From assembly GCA_900617105.1 (NCBI GenBank), contig UYFQ01000037.1, forward strand, positions 1-32,417: a stretch of 32,417 nucleotides of DNA, given 5' to 3'. This DNA comes from Hydrurus foetidus. Its lineage: Eukaryota. Positions within the stretch are counted from its first letter, which is position 1. Every line of letters begins with the position of its first letter. A program made the position numbers and the translations under genes. Positions 21,440 through 32,417 of this stretch are shown piece after piece. A model generated the notes under the pieces. The model had not been told where the DNA came from. It ran no database searches and saw nothing but the letters and a program-made list of their open reading frames with translations.

Positions 21440-24400
21440 TAAATAAGTCATGATTATTAAATATAAGAAAACAACAGAGAGATTTAGAAGGTTCCCAAGT
21501 TGAATAATAACCATATAAATACTCTATGTGTCGTTGATAATTAACAATGTATTCCGTGATCATGTCGTGCAATCTAACGGATTTGTGATTGATGGGTCAA
21601 ATAGAAAAGGTTGCAGAAACATGAAAATGTTTTCTGAGTGAGTAAATATGGTGTGCGAATTTTCGCCACTAACGACTTTTAATGGACCTCTCCATGACGT
21701 GTGAAGCAAAGGAGGGAAGCGATAGTGCACCAAGACAATAGTCTTTTGGATACTCTACATGCTGAAAATTTGAGACTGACTTTGATGAAGCAAATCTGTG
21801 CGAAGAAGCTCTTTAGCAGAAGCTTTAAGGAGACTGTCTTGCGTTTTGAGTGGATTTCTCATACGTTTTGACAAAGGTTTCTCATCAGTGACATTTCGCT
21901 CAGCCGGAGGTAAAAAGATACCTCTATCGAGTTTAAGTACATTTCCGAAAAGAAGTTGAGAAGATGATATTTTTAAACGGTCACTGTGATTCGAATTTAA
22001 AATTCGTTGCACAAATGGAAGTGACGTTTTATAATCTTCTAAAGTGACATTATCGAATGTTAATGCACGAAGATGTCTATTTACTTCTTTATTGATGCGC
22101 TCAACAATAGCGTTTTCTTCTTTAGAGTATGCTAAAGTAAGACAATGTTGGCTCTTTAATAACTTCGGAAATGAAGTTTGGCCCATTATCAGAACGGAGT
22201 TGGAGAGGTGCGCCGAAACGACCGAAATGTTGCAAGAGGCATTGAGCAGTCGAAAGTGCTGTAGCATCTTTAGTATGAAACAGTTCAACCCACCTTGTGA
22301 ACGTATCGATTATAACGAGTACGTACCCGCCGTCTGGAAGCGGTCCTATGAAGTCTATGTTAAGGCATTCCATAGGTGTGTAAGTAGAAGTCGAAAAGCC
22401 ATCAGCATGAATAGGGATCTTTAACATACTCATCTTCTGACAACACGAACAGTGATCTATGAACCACCTGACGCATATATTGCCAAATTACATTTCTGTC
22501 TGTGAAACGCTTTAGAGTGCGCTCAAGGCCGAAATGACCAACTTGTGAATTGTGTACTTTACTGATTGTATTGTACTGCTCACGTGTTAGTTTGAACTTT
22601 TCAATAGTATTAGCTGACATGATTGCATTAGGAGTATATTCCTGAGGGAAGTCAACCATGTTATTGCGACAAAGTCAAGACATCGAATCAGCTATATCAT
22701 TGTTAGGTCCAGGTATGTATTCAAGGCTATAAACCATATGAATATTCGGATAAGGCCATAAACCATCGAATAATCATTGGATTTGAAATATCCTTTATGT
22801 ATAACAAGTTACGATGATCCGTACGTAATGTAAACGTACGATCACGTATTAGCGATTTTAAATACGTGCACGAATAAAAGATAGCATATGCTTCTTTTTG
22901 TGTAACAGCCCAACGAAGCTGAGCTTTGTTAAGTGATTTACTAACAAATGCTATGGGCGTCTCTTGACCGTCAACTAACTGGAAAAGATAGGCACCTACA
23001 CCATAGTCCGATGCATCAGTGTGCAAGTATATCGGATCGGTGTCACTTAAAAAGTGCATAGTCGTGCATTTTGAAATCTCAGATTTGATCAAATTGAATG
23101 CTCTGAGAGCTTCTATTGTCCAAGTTATTTTCTTATACTTATTATAGTTAAGAAGCAACTGATGTAACGGGTATACAACAGTAGAAGCGTTTCTAACAAA
23201 GTCGTGAAAATAATTAACCAATCCTAAAAAACTTTTAAGTTGTTTAGATAGTACTGGTTTAGGAAAATCTAAGACAGTCCGTATTTTTTCTTGTGACATT
23301 CTAAGTCCATCTGCAGATAGAACTTTGCCAACATAGTCTATTTCGGCATAGCCTAGATAACACTTATTCGGTTTAAGGAATATTTTGTGTTTTCTAAAAC
23401 GTTCAAAAACAAGACGAAGTCTAGAAATGAGTTCGTCAATGTCTTTACCGAAAACATTGCAATCATCGATGTACATTTCGCATATAGAGTATATCAGCCC
23501 TGCTAACACAACAGTCGTCATAATCTGTTGGAAATAGGAGGGAGCTTGTTTTGGCCCAAAGGGTAAACGAGTGAATTGATATACTCCGCAGAATAGTATG
23601 AATGCAGTATAAGCACGTGCAGCAAGTGTAAGTGGTGCTTGATGGTAACCTTGAGTGAGGTCAAGTACAGCAAACACTTTTGCTTTATGTGCACCTATTC
23701 GACGCAACATCTCACCGATGTGTGGAATAGGATGTGATTTATCTTCGGTACAATTGTTGAGATTCCGAAAATCAATACACATGCGCTTAGTTCCATCAGA
23801 TTTTGGAACTAGTAAAACTTGGCTATAATAAGCCGCGTTTGATTTTTCAACAATATTATGTTTTTCAAGTTTGTTAATTTGACTAAGAATGTCAGCTTGA
23901 TCAACTGTTGATTTAGACCATGGAGGTTGTCTATTTTAGTGACTTTCCATTGGTCGTCATTGACATGAAAGTCAAACGGTGGAATATCAGCAGGAGTGGC
24001 CGAAAGTTCACTGCTAAATATATCCTTGAATTCGTGTACTAGTAACCGAAGTTTATTTTTCTGATCTTCATCACCTGCTAAGTTTATTAGCGAGAGTGGG
24101 TCAGTATCAGGAAATTCATCTATCCAAGGTGAAAACGAGTCCTTGATCGAGTCGTCGATTTCGTCCTCATCAGGGGGCACAGCCTCAAAAAGTCTTTCAG
24201 ACTCTTGTATTAGTGAAGCTAGAATAACGTGTGTTTGGGTGACTGCCGGTTTCACCTTTTGGGTTAAAGGATCGACCTTTGGGGAGCCGTCGGAGGGTTG
24301 CAAATTCTCCTTAGGCTGACAGCCACACGTTATATCCACTTGCTCAGAAGATAAAACTTCCGCTAATGAGGTTGTGCTTGATGAAGCATTGGCAGATATC

Positions 24401-26088
24401 TGATCGGGGAATCGTGAAAACAAATTCAATTCGCGAATTGTTTTTCGTCCCACTATTAGATCAAATTTCGAATCGTTTAAAACATAAGCCGTGATTTGAA
24501 AAGTATAATAATTATTTAAATCAGGGCAAAAATAAGAAAGAGTTAAGTCTATAGTGTCAGAAATATCATAACAATGATTATCTAATCCACTACAAACTTT
24601 ACACAATTTCTTTGAAGAGTTAGAAACGAATTGTGTGAAATTATGATTAGTTATAATGCGGCGATGTATAAAGTTGCCAGCAAAAGAGCCGGTGTCCAGG
24701 AGAGTAAAGACTCTATTACTTTTTTCCAGCATAACCTCCTGTGAGAGGGGAGATACGAAGAAAGGAATAAGTTCTGGATCATCGGAAAGAATAGATGATG
24801 AATTTAGGTTGCATAGTTGCTCACCTTTGTGTTTCTTCGCAGCGTTTGTCGAGTCTGCTGTTGAAGTAGCAGGTTTTGACGAAGAAGAAGAAAGGTAATT
24901 GGAACAATGATGACCCTCAGAGTTAATGAAGGGTGTCTGAGTACTATTATAGTACGGAGACGTAGTGTAGAAACACGTGGCGACGAAATGGCCAAGTCTC
25001 CCACAACCTGTGCACAGAGGTCTTTCATGTTTGTCAGACTTGTCTGATTGCACAGATTGCTCGTTCTCTCGTGGACGTTTTTTGATTTTGTCCTGAGAGG
25101 AACGAGGAGGAGCTTTGATTTGGCGAGAGTTATCACCATACAAAGGAGAGACATCAATGAACCGTAAGGCATCAATTGATTCTCGTAGCTTAGCAAGCTG
25201 CGCAAGCCATACGAATCGAAAGTCTTCGATTGTAATGAGTCTTGGCGTTGTATTGTTAAGACTACGCTGTAACACTGCTCTCCAATTGATAGGTTCGACT
25301 GGCAACTTATCGATGAGAATTTTGGTTGCCTGAAGTTGGAGAGCGGGTGTTGCATCAGGGAATCCATCAACAATATCAGCTAAAAGCTGATCTGTCTTGT
25401 CTTCCACTGATTTATCCTTCAGGTCGAATTGAAGTGCGACCTGAGAGACAGTTTCAATGAAACTCAGCTTGTCAGTTCGATTGACAGCTGATGTAGGAAC
25501 TGTGAGATTGAGTTCTCTACAGAACAATTGATTCGACCAATGTTTCCAATTGTTACAGGAGTCGCGACGATCGGGATCAGTCGCAAACTTACGCTTGAGA
25601 AGCGTTGTAAACGATTGATGGTTGGAAACATGGACTACGTCAACTGGTTTAAATGGAGTTCCATTTGAAAGGAGGACCTCCATTACCCGTAGTACTTCCT
25701 GACGAGAGGGCACGGCGCTCAACTTAGGAGCTCTCTCACCCGTCTGCACATATTGCTGGGGTGGTGCCATCGTCCTTGGAATAGGATTCTCAGCAATAGC
25801 TGGTGTCGCAGCCGAAGCTGGTTGCAATGACAATGCAGATAACGCAGAAATGACAGGAATATCAACGACAGACATGACCGCAGGCTCCGAATTCCGCTGA
25901 GGAATCGGTGCAGACAGGTCGCCGGCGGGGTCCTGAGCCGCAGGTGGCCCAGGAGACTCTGCGTCTCCACCACGATTGTGGTGCTCGTCATAGCGTTGTC
26001 GGAACGCGACGGCTACAGCACGGGGTTGCTGTTTTCGTCGAAGGGCGTTGATGGAGGCTGTCTTCTTTTCTTGACGGCGTAGCGCCAT
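21440..26088 (-). pseudogene. G2 gag-pol, frameshifted (e.g. near 23935, 22740, 22480, 22160); 3' end unreadable
   Basis: CTGCGRLGHFVATC; LLDTGSF; MCIDFRNLN; LDLTQGYHQ; YIDD; HTDASDYG; RTDHRNL; HNSQVGHFG; NIDFIGP / RSDNGPNF / IVERINKEV; WRGPLKVV near 21680. Confidence 0.93.
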
Positions 26089-26193
26089 AACTTTGACGTG
26101 ATGGATAAAGTTGGGAAAGAGTCGAAGGTAAAAGTTGGAAAAGAGAAAAAACTTTCTCGGAGGAAACTTCGGTAGATGACCGAATATCGATAT

Positions 26194-26456
26194 TGTGGTC
26201 TGACGGCGGGGCCTAGGACGGAAGGCGAAGTTCGAGTAGGCGGAGGACAGAAGGCGTGGACAAACGAAGGCGAAGTCGAGGAGAAAAAGACTTGTGTTAA
26301 TATCTTACAGTTAAATAGATGAAGGTGATGTGTACGCTAAGAGCACTCACGTCATATATGGGACTAAGACCTAAACTGGAATCTGGGCATAATGAGCCTA
26401 TTGTACCTAGTAAACCTAGACACATTGTATCCATATAGGGATGCAATAAGGCTACA
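26194..26456 (-). repeat. G2 5' LTR (263 bp; inner end inferred)
   Basis: TGTAGCC...GACCACA with imperfect terminal inverted repeat; outer end defined by the break in LTR C homology at 26456/26457. Confidence 0.75.
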
Positions 26457-26879
26457 GTATGTACGCCTATACATCTATGTACTACGCTATTGGCGATCGT
26501 ACATACGTACATACTATATATGTACATACATGTGTAAGTACGTGTGTGTACATATGCATATAATAATTTGTAATAACATGTGCACGTACGTATGTATGTG
26601 TGTGCGTGACCATACAAGTGTACGCTATGCTACATGCGTGCGTACGTACGTACGTAGGTACATATTGACTATGTACGTACATGTGTAAGTACATGTGTGT
26701 ACGTATGCATAAATGAGTATGCACTAACATGTGTAAGTATGTGTGTACGTCTGCATGTTATCATATCTGCATGTGTACTTACGTACGTACGTGTCGCATA
26801 ACGTGCATGTATATATTTGTAACTATATTTGCAACTATATTACTACAGACATATCTTGATAGAATCAAGTGGTCTGACA
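26457..26879 (-). repeat. Copia C 3' LTR, first 423 bp (cut by G2)
   Basis: Reverse complement matches 11451 to about 11869; preceded by PPT GGGGAG. Confidence 0.92.
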
Positions 26880-27011
26880 CTCCCCGTAGTGAAGATGTAG
26901 TGTAAAATAATGCATGTTTACTTATGAGCTACCTTTATAATATTAGAATCAACATAGTATATGTGTGATCAAGACAAATACAATATTAAAACATAATTAG
27001 TATAGTGCTGT

Positions 27012-27725
27012 TTAAAGATTTTGTCTCTGAGACTGATCTATAATTTGATTTAGAAGTTTATTAAATATTGGTAGAGAAACTCTTTTTGTGCCAATATCTG
27101 AAATATTATCGCACGATTTAACTTTAACAACTACGCAAGTACCATCAGCAACTTTCTCTTTGACCCAGTTTTCGGTAAGGTCGAGGTGCCGTAGGTTGCG
27201 TGTCATGTGTGCTGCCTTAGAATGGTATTTACAGGCTTGGTTGTCTTCTTCAATATAGGTTGGACCTTCGACCCATCCCATCATGTTTAGGATGCCTCTG
27301 TTGGCTATGACCTCTGCTTTGAGTGTGTGGTTGACAGCCTTGATTTCCGACTCTGCTGTTGATGTTGATATGCTGCCTCGGTCGGTGGAACACCAGCAGA
27401 TAAGGTTACGGCCGAGGTATCCAAGGTATGCAGTCTGGAAGTGGCTATTGTCGGGATTACCACCCAAATCTGCATCGCATTGAAACCGGAGTTGGAGTAG
27501 CGTTGTCATAGTCTCGATGTCTCTGGGTCCATCGTGTCCATGAGACACTATTCGATCACTTCGTGCGTACTTGCAGTACTGCAATAAGTGTTTGAGGAAT
27601 TTGATATGTCTGGGACCTGGGTTGTTACTATAACGGGACAGTACATTGAGTGCATACAGAATGCCGACCATGGTATGTACCATACCGTACATTAGTTGAC
27701 CCACGACCCTCCTGTACGGGTACTT
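27012..27725 (-). pseudogene. pol: Copia C RT-tether/RNase H fragment, 5' truncated; relative of Copia A
   Basis: KYPYRRVVGQLMYGMVHT...QCDADLGGN...STAESEIKAVNH...SDIGTKRV closely matches Copia A 6415-7133. Confidence 0.93.
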
Positions 27726-27726
27726 T

Positions 27727-28718
27727 ATACGGTTTTCGAAGAAACTTCGAAAACGATTATGTTAGACTCTTACTGACTTAATTCCTCCAAAAAAGAATGT
27801 AAAAAAAAATGGGAGGTAAATTCTTCATGAATAACGTTCGAGTGAAGAAATCAACGGTGTTATTTACTGACTAATTTTGACAAATAGTTTTGACGCAAGT
27901 AATCATGAAGTTTATCAACATCACAAAGATTGGAGTATGGCTCCCAAGTGTTTTTGTCAGAAGGGCAATTTAATCATTTCACTAAAAACTTAATCTTGGA
28001 GCGTTGATGAGGTCCACGGTGATCAAGGATATCTTCTACGAAGTATTCCATATGGTAACGACGCGCGACATCAAGAGGATTTGTAATCGCTGGATCATAC
28101 AGAAACGGTTTCGTGGCAGATACTGCTGTTTTTTGTTTGATCAAGTCGAATAGAGTGTAACGAGAATTTTCGCCACTGACAACTTTTAATGGACCTCTCC
28201 AATGCATATGAAGACGTGTTGGAGGCGATCCATCACGGACATATAAGTTGCGAGGGTACTCAACATGCTGAGAGATTTGAGACTGTTTTTGATTAAGCAA
28301 ATCTGTACGAAGAAGTTCTTTAGCCGAAGCTTTGAGAAGACTATCTTTTATTTATAATAGATTGCTCATACGTGTTGACAAAGGTTTGTCATTAGTAACA
28401 AGTCTTTCAGATGAATGAAGAAATATTCCTCTGTCTAATTTAAGAATATTGCCGAAAAGCAACTGAGATGCAGAGATTTTTAAACGATCACTGTGACTAG
28501 AATTTGAAATTCTTTGCACAAATGGAAGTGATGCTGAATAATCATCAAGCGTTACGTTATCGTAAGTTAAAGCACGAAGGTGTCTATAATTTCTTTATTC
28601 ATGCGCTCAACAATGGCGTTTTCTTCTCTAGAATAAGCCAACGTTAAACAGTATTGAGTGCCAATAAGAGTTAGAAACTCTTTGATAACTTCGGCAATGA
28701 AGTTTAGCCCATTATCAG
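27727..28718 (-). pseudogene. Gypsy G1 3' part: integrase C-half, GPY/F motif, chromodomain, 3' UTR; no 3' LTR
   Basis: SDNGLNFIAEVIKEFL...EENAIVERM resumes the integrase cut at 7839; WRGPLKVV; EYFVEDILDHRG...FLVK*LNCPSDKNTWEPYSNL (W>TGA at 27974-27976); stop at 27860-27862. Confidence 0.92.
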
Positions 28719-29226
28719 TGTCAGTCCAGCATATTCATGCATGATCTGTTAGCATAGTTTCATCTGTAGATTAGCATTCACATGTCACAAGTAGTGTAGC
28801 GCTTCCTCACCCAAAACACCGCCATACACTGTTGTGTACATACGCTCATCGTTCTTCTAGCGATATCCCCCTTCGGGGCCATCACCAAGCATCCGGTTTT
28901 TCACCACCAAGCATCCGGATTCCTACCAGGTATCCGGTCTCCACCAAGCATCCGATTTCACGAGCAGCGAGGGTTCCGCCCATTGCTCAATCGCCAACTT
29001 GAATATTCGCTGAATATGTTTCCACTTCGGCGATCACCATTTCATGCACAATGGATGCTTTGCTTTGCTTCTTTGATGGTTGTCTTCTCTGATATCATCG
29101 CCAGTTGTTTTACTACTTGATCGTTGTAAGTAAACACGTCTTCCGAGACCACTTCCATCAGCCAGTCTTTCCTTTGCGCTTCCGCAGCCAACAGGTAGCT
29201 CGCTTCACTCCACAGTCTGACTCACA
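28719..29226 (+). repeat. Copia A 5' LTR, copy 2 (508 bp)
   Basis: TGTCAG...GACTCACA followed by TGGTAGCG. Confidence 0.97.
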
Positions 29227-29316
29227 TGGTAGCGATTGCATAGAAAGTTCAGCAATCATCGATATAGTATCAATATATCAACGGTATCTCATCACAACAG
29301 ATATCTCAAGTCGGCC

Positions 29317-32300
29317 ATGATGCTACGATCGTCCGACAACACAGACCAAAACAACGAGGAATACCATGACCCAACTGGGCTAGAGACTCCCAGCCGCGCC
29401 CAGCTGCCGCGCATGCTCTCCATGACCCTCGCAGAGTTCGATCAACGTGTCGCCGAGGCCATAAGAGCCCAAACTCAAAATTTGGTCACCAGCTCGACGG
29501 CAAATCGGCAAAATCCCTCGACACCAAACCGACCTCGACGAGGCTCCCATGCAGAGGAAGCCACGCCACCGCGCCAAACTTCGGCAGAAGTTTCAGCAAG
29601 TGGGCTATCATATAATGCCGCGTTGGAATCCGTTTTGGAGCTCAAACGGCTAAAACTCGATCTCGTTCTGACGACCTCTTCAGAAATGGATAGCATCAAG
29701 CAAAACCAGATCACCACAACGACTGTGGGATCTAACAAGCGCTTCAAAGCTCTCGACAACATGCTCCATGTCGTTGGACTCTACCCAATGGCGATGGGCA
29801 CGCGTCGCGAGCCAATCCCAACGAGGCACAACCCATCAGGATACTCGGAGCCTACAACGTCGGAGAATCTTGACGGCACCTTCAATTATGTACCTGCCGA
29901 CGATGTTACACGATGGGCCCACGACAAGAAACGTCTCTACAACGTCATGTTGAACGCTTTCAGCGAGTCTACCCACTATCTATGTGCCGATTCCTTTACC
30001 TCTCGCGATGGGATCGCTATTTATAAACGTATGCACAAGCACTACTACGGACATACTGAAGCAGACATCAACCGACTTCGGCGGCTTCTACAAAACTTCA
30101 AGGGCTCCACGGCTACTTGTTTTCAAGAGGATTTAGTGAGGTTTACAACGTTGATGACAGAATTCGAGTACGCCCAGGCCAGACCGAGCACCGAGCAGGA
30201 GCGCCTTCAATTCCTTCACAACGCCTTCATGAACGACCACCGCCCCAACACAAAATCCTACTTTATGTCCTGCCATAGCAACATGCTCACCTATCACCAA
30301 ACTTTGGAGAGAGCTGTTGTCTATTCCGAGTATGCCCTCCTACAAGACAAGCCGGTCAAGATAGCTGCCTTGTCCACTACCCCTGAAGCCTGCCGCAAGT
30401 TCCTCGCTGGTACCTGCCTTCTCGGTAACAAGTGCAAGTACTATCATGCTCCTGCTAAGCCACCGGCAGCGACACCTCCCTCTGGCAAAGCACATCCTCC
30501 TGCCCCACCTGGATCCGCTCCAGTCACGGACAAGAACCGGATCAAAGCCAAGGGCAAGTACCCTCCCAAGCAGACCTTCCCAGTGACGAGTATCGATGGC
30601 CGCGTCCCCTACCTCAAGAGCAACATCCCCATGAAGCTTCTTACCAACGGACCCAACATCAACCCTGAGGACGGATGGCAGAACAACACGCTTTTGGATA
30701 ACGCCGAACCCTCCGGGTATGTGCGCTTCTCCCTCAACATGTTCCGAGTCACCGACACTGACCCAGCACCTCCTCCGGATACACCGTCTAATCCTCCTCT
30801 CGAGTTAGCACTTCCGCCAGGACTCCCTCCATCAGGACACTCACCACTGCGATCTCCAACTCGTCCATCTTCTAATGCCGCCTCTCCCATAATGCTCCGA
30901 CCGTACGTACGTTCCGAACATACTCAACCAGCATCTACCCCAGTAGTCCTGGGTACCCCCCCGACTCCTGTCGCCCCAGAGAATGCTACAGCATGGGACA
31001 CGCCGCGCCATCAGAACATCTCTTCGCCAACATATGGGACCCCAATGCAAGAAGAAGTCGATGCCTTCACACGTACCTGGGCCTTCCTCACCAATGACGA
31101 AGTCACCTCCTCCACTGTCTTCCAGGGTATCTGCCGACAATGCTCCACGTACATCCTTCAGTACTACACTGTGGTCCACCACCGCATTCATCAGCAGCCC
31201 CTCTCAGCAAATGACTTCATCATCTATGTGAACCGTCCCGCCTTGCCTGGATCCCCTACACCGGCGCCTCATATATACCTCGCTATTTTCGGCTGGGTAT
31301 CCCCAACCACCCTCAGCAACTGCCGCGCTGATGTCAGAGACGGATACTCTCGGTATATGAACCTCATCCACAAGATTGCTCGCAACCTGCTGCTCGCCAA
31401 CACTGAGCCGCCGACTCCACCCAATCTTGAGTATGACCCAGGGCACTACCGCACCTTCAATCCAACCTTGATTGAGGACATCACCACCTATCAGTCCACA
31501 GTCGGGAACATTTTCTTTTACTTCCTCGTCCACACTGCTCTGTACCTCGACGACCAGATCAGTCCAGACCACATGGCAATATTTGAAAGTGTACTTATCT
31601 ACGACTGTGCCTCCTGGGTCGCAGCACAGCTTGCCCGATATGCCAATGCACCCGGCAACTCCTGGCACAACATTCCCACTCTTCGCCTCCTCATGCTCAC
31701 GGAAGTTGATGCACACGTTGACGGTCTTATGACACGAACTGGATCGAACGAGTCATTCATCCAAGCTATTCGAGTCGTAATCCAGCATGTCCTACCCGAC
31801 GCATTTCATGTTACACCCAACAGCCTCTTCGTCGGACCCGATCCTGTTGAACCCACCGAGTCACACTACCGCACAGTATCTCTCGCCAGGGACCTCGCAG
31901 CATCTACTGCCCCACAGAACATACGCAAACGATACACTTTGCGGAACTACGAGAGTGATTCAGAGTCCTCTGTCGAAGACTCCATCTGTTTCCTCCCGTA
32001 CAACATGTCCTGTCCAACACATAACATCAGTGGCCCTCGATGCGCCCTCTCTTATGTCAACTACCTCCATGGAGCCGTCACACGTCTCATGGTCCCTCCA
32101 TCAGACGCATCCCCATGGGTACCACCGGACGCATCTATGGAACTTCAGCGGTACAACGCCAGGAAGCGCGGCATCGCATTCCAGACGGACCAGGCTCAAG
32201 GGAACACTAAGCGTCAAGACACTACCTCGTCCTCGTCAGCATCCTCTTCCGCATCACCGTCAACATCGATTCCCACTACGCTTCCGGAGTTCAATACTCC

Positions 32301-32417
32301 TCTACCACCTGTTCCATCGACACCCTCTGACCCTCTTACCGGGTCACTCAAACGTTGGCAAGCCGCGCAACCACTTGCATCCGACTCGCCTTTCACTATG
32401 CCTCGTGCCCAGCGCCA
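29317..32417 (+). CDS. gag: Intact Copia A Gag polyprotein ORF, open to the window end (>1030 codons)
   Basis: All three frameshifts of copy 1 are absent; missing from the ORF track presumably because no stop is reached. Confidence 0.88.
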   Translation, partial: MMLRSSDNTDQNNEEYHDPTGLETPSRAQLPRMLSMTLAEFDQRVAEAIRAQTQNLVTSSTANRQNPSTPNRPRRGSHAEEATPPRQTSAEVSASGLSYNAALESVLELKRLKLDLVLTTSSEMDSIKQNQITTTTVGSNKRFKALDNMLHVVGLYPMAMGTRREPIPTRHNPSGYSEPTTSENLDGTFNYVPADDVTRWAHDKKRLYNVMLNAFSESTHYLCADSFTSRDGIAIYKRMHKHYYGHTEADINRLRRLLQNFKGSTATCFQEDLVRFTTLMTEFEYAQARPSTEQERLQFLHNAFMNDHRPNTKSYFMSCHSNMLTYHQTLERAVVYSEYALLQDKPVKIAALSTTPEACRKFLAGTCLLGNKCKYYHAPAKPPAATPPSGKAHPPAPPGSAPVTDKNRIKAKGKYPPKQTFPVTSIDGRVPYLKSNIPMKLLTNGPNINPEDGWQNNTLLDNAEPSGYVRFSLNMFRVTDTDPAPPPDTPSNPPLELALPPGLPPSGHSPLRSPTRPSSNAASPIMLRPYVRSEHTQPASTPVVLGTPPTPVAPENATAWDTPRHQNISSPTYGTPMQEEVDAFTRTWAFLTNDEVTSSTVFQGICRQCSTYILQYYTVVHHRIHQQPLSANDFIIYVNRPALPGSPTPAPHIYLAIFGWVSPTTLSNCRADVRDGYSRYMNLIHKIARNLLLANTEPPTPPNLEYDPGHYRTFNPTLIEDITTYQSTVGNIFFYFLVHTALYLDDQISPDHMAIFESVLIYDCASWVAAQLARYANAPGNSWHNIPTLRLLMLTEVDAHVDGLMTRTGSNESFIQAIRVVIQHVLPDAFHVTPNSLFVGPDPVEPTESHYRTVSLARDLAASTAPQNIRKRYTLRNYESDSESSVEDSICFLPYNMSCPTHNISGPRCALSYVNYLHGAVTRLMVPPSDASPWVPPDASMELQRYNARKRGIAFQTDQAQGNTKRQDTTSSSSASSSASPSTSIPTTLPEFNTPLPPVPSTPSDPLTGSLKRWQAAQPLASDSPFTMPRAQR

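Larger units (their letters stand above)
21060..26456 (-). mobile_element. Ty3/Gypsy retrotransposon G2 (chromovirus-like by homology to G1), inserted into the Copia C 3' LTR
   Basis: LTRs at 26194-26456 and 21060-21262; PPT AAGAAGGGGTAG at 21263-21274 (minus); Gag-PR-RT-RH-IN order. Confidence 0.92.
28719..32417 (+). mobile_element. Second Copia A copy (5' LTR, PBS, gag), runs off the window
   Basis: About 99% identical to 1-3695 by eye; left flank ATCAG (28714-28718). Confidence 0.97.

Noticed and set aside
26297..26730. Tyr/Val/Cys/Thr-rich ORFs here and at 11401-11880 and 19791-19982
   Set aside because: Artefacts of the alternating purine-pyrimidine LTR C sequence.
27974..27976. TGA at a conserved Trp (and TGA at 4261) as evidence of a UGA=Trp genetic code
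   Set aside because: Other Trp codons are TGG, Copia B pol ends normally in TGA at 17586-17588, and G1 has many other lesions.
1..32417. Whole window as one giant LTR element with 3.7-kb TG...CA terminal repeats
   Set aside because: The repeats are the 5' parts of two Copia A copies; the CA at 3695/32417 falls mid-ORF, with no PBS after 3695 and no PPT before 28719.

Overview
Eukaryotic-type, densely nested LTR-retrotransposon cluster with no recognisable host gene, rRNA, tRNA or CRISPR. It holds five elements: Copia A (full length 1-7838, plus a second copy from 28719 to the window end); Copia B (full length 12180-18476, TSD GTTTC, similar to diatom CoDi elements); Copia C (RNase H remnant plus three LTR copies, one a solo LTR with TSD GTGCC); and two related Gypsy elements on the minus strand, G1 (with a clear chromodomain) and G2. 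Main surprises: (1) Copia B has no tRNA PBS, but the 11 nt after its 5' LTR are the exact reverse complement of an 11-mer inside the LTR, a Tf1-style self-priming signature in a Copia. (2) The window is circularly permuted with a 28,718-bp period: the TSD ATCAG and the split G1 integrase link the LEFT element's right end to the RIGHT element's left end, while the two Copia A 5' halves differ mostly at synonymous sites. (3) Both Gypsy elements carry a palindrome plus a covarying hairpin where a PBS is expected. (4) Copia A Gag has a CCCH finger and a ~700-aa unexplained insert before the protease. All comparisons were done by eye; coordinates of decayed boundaries are approximate and the host is not identified.
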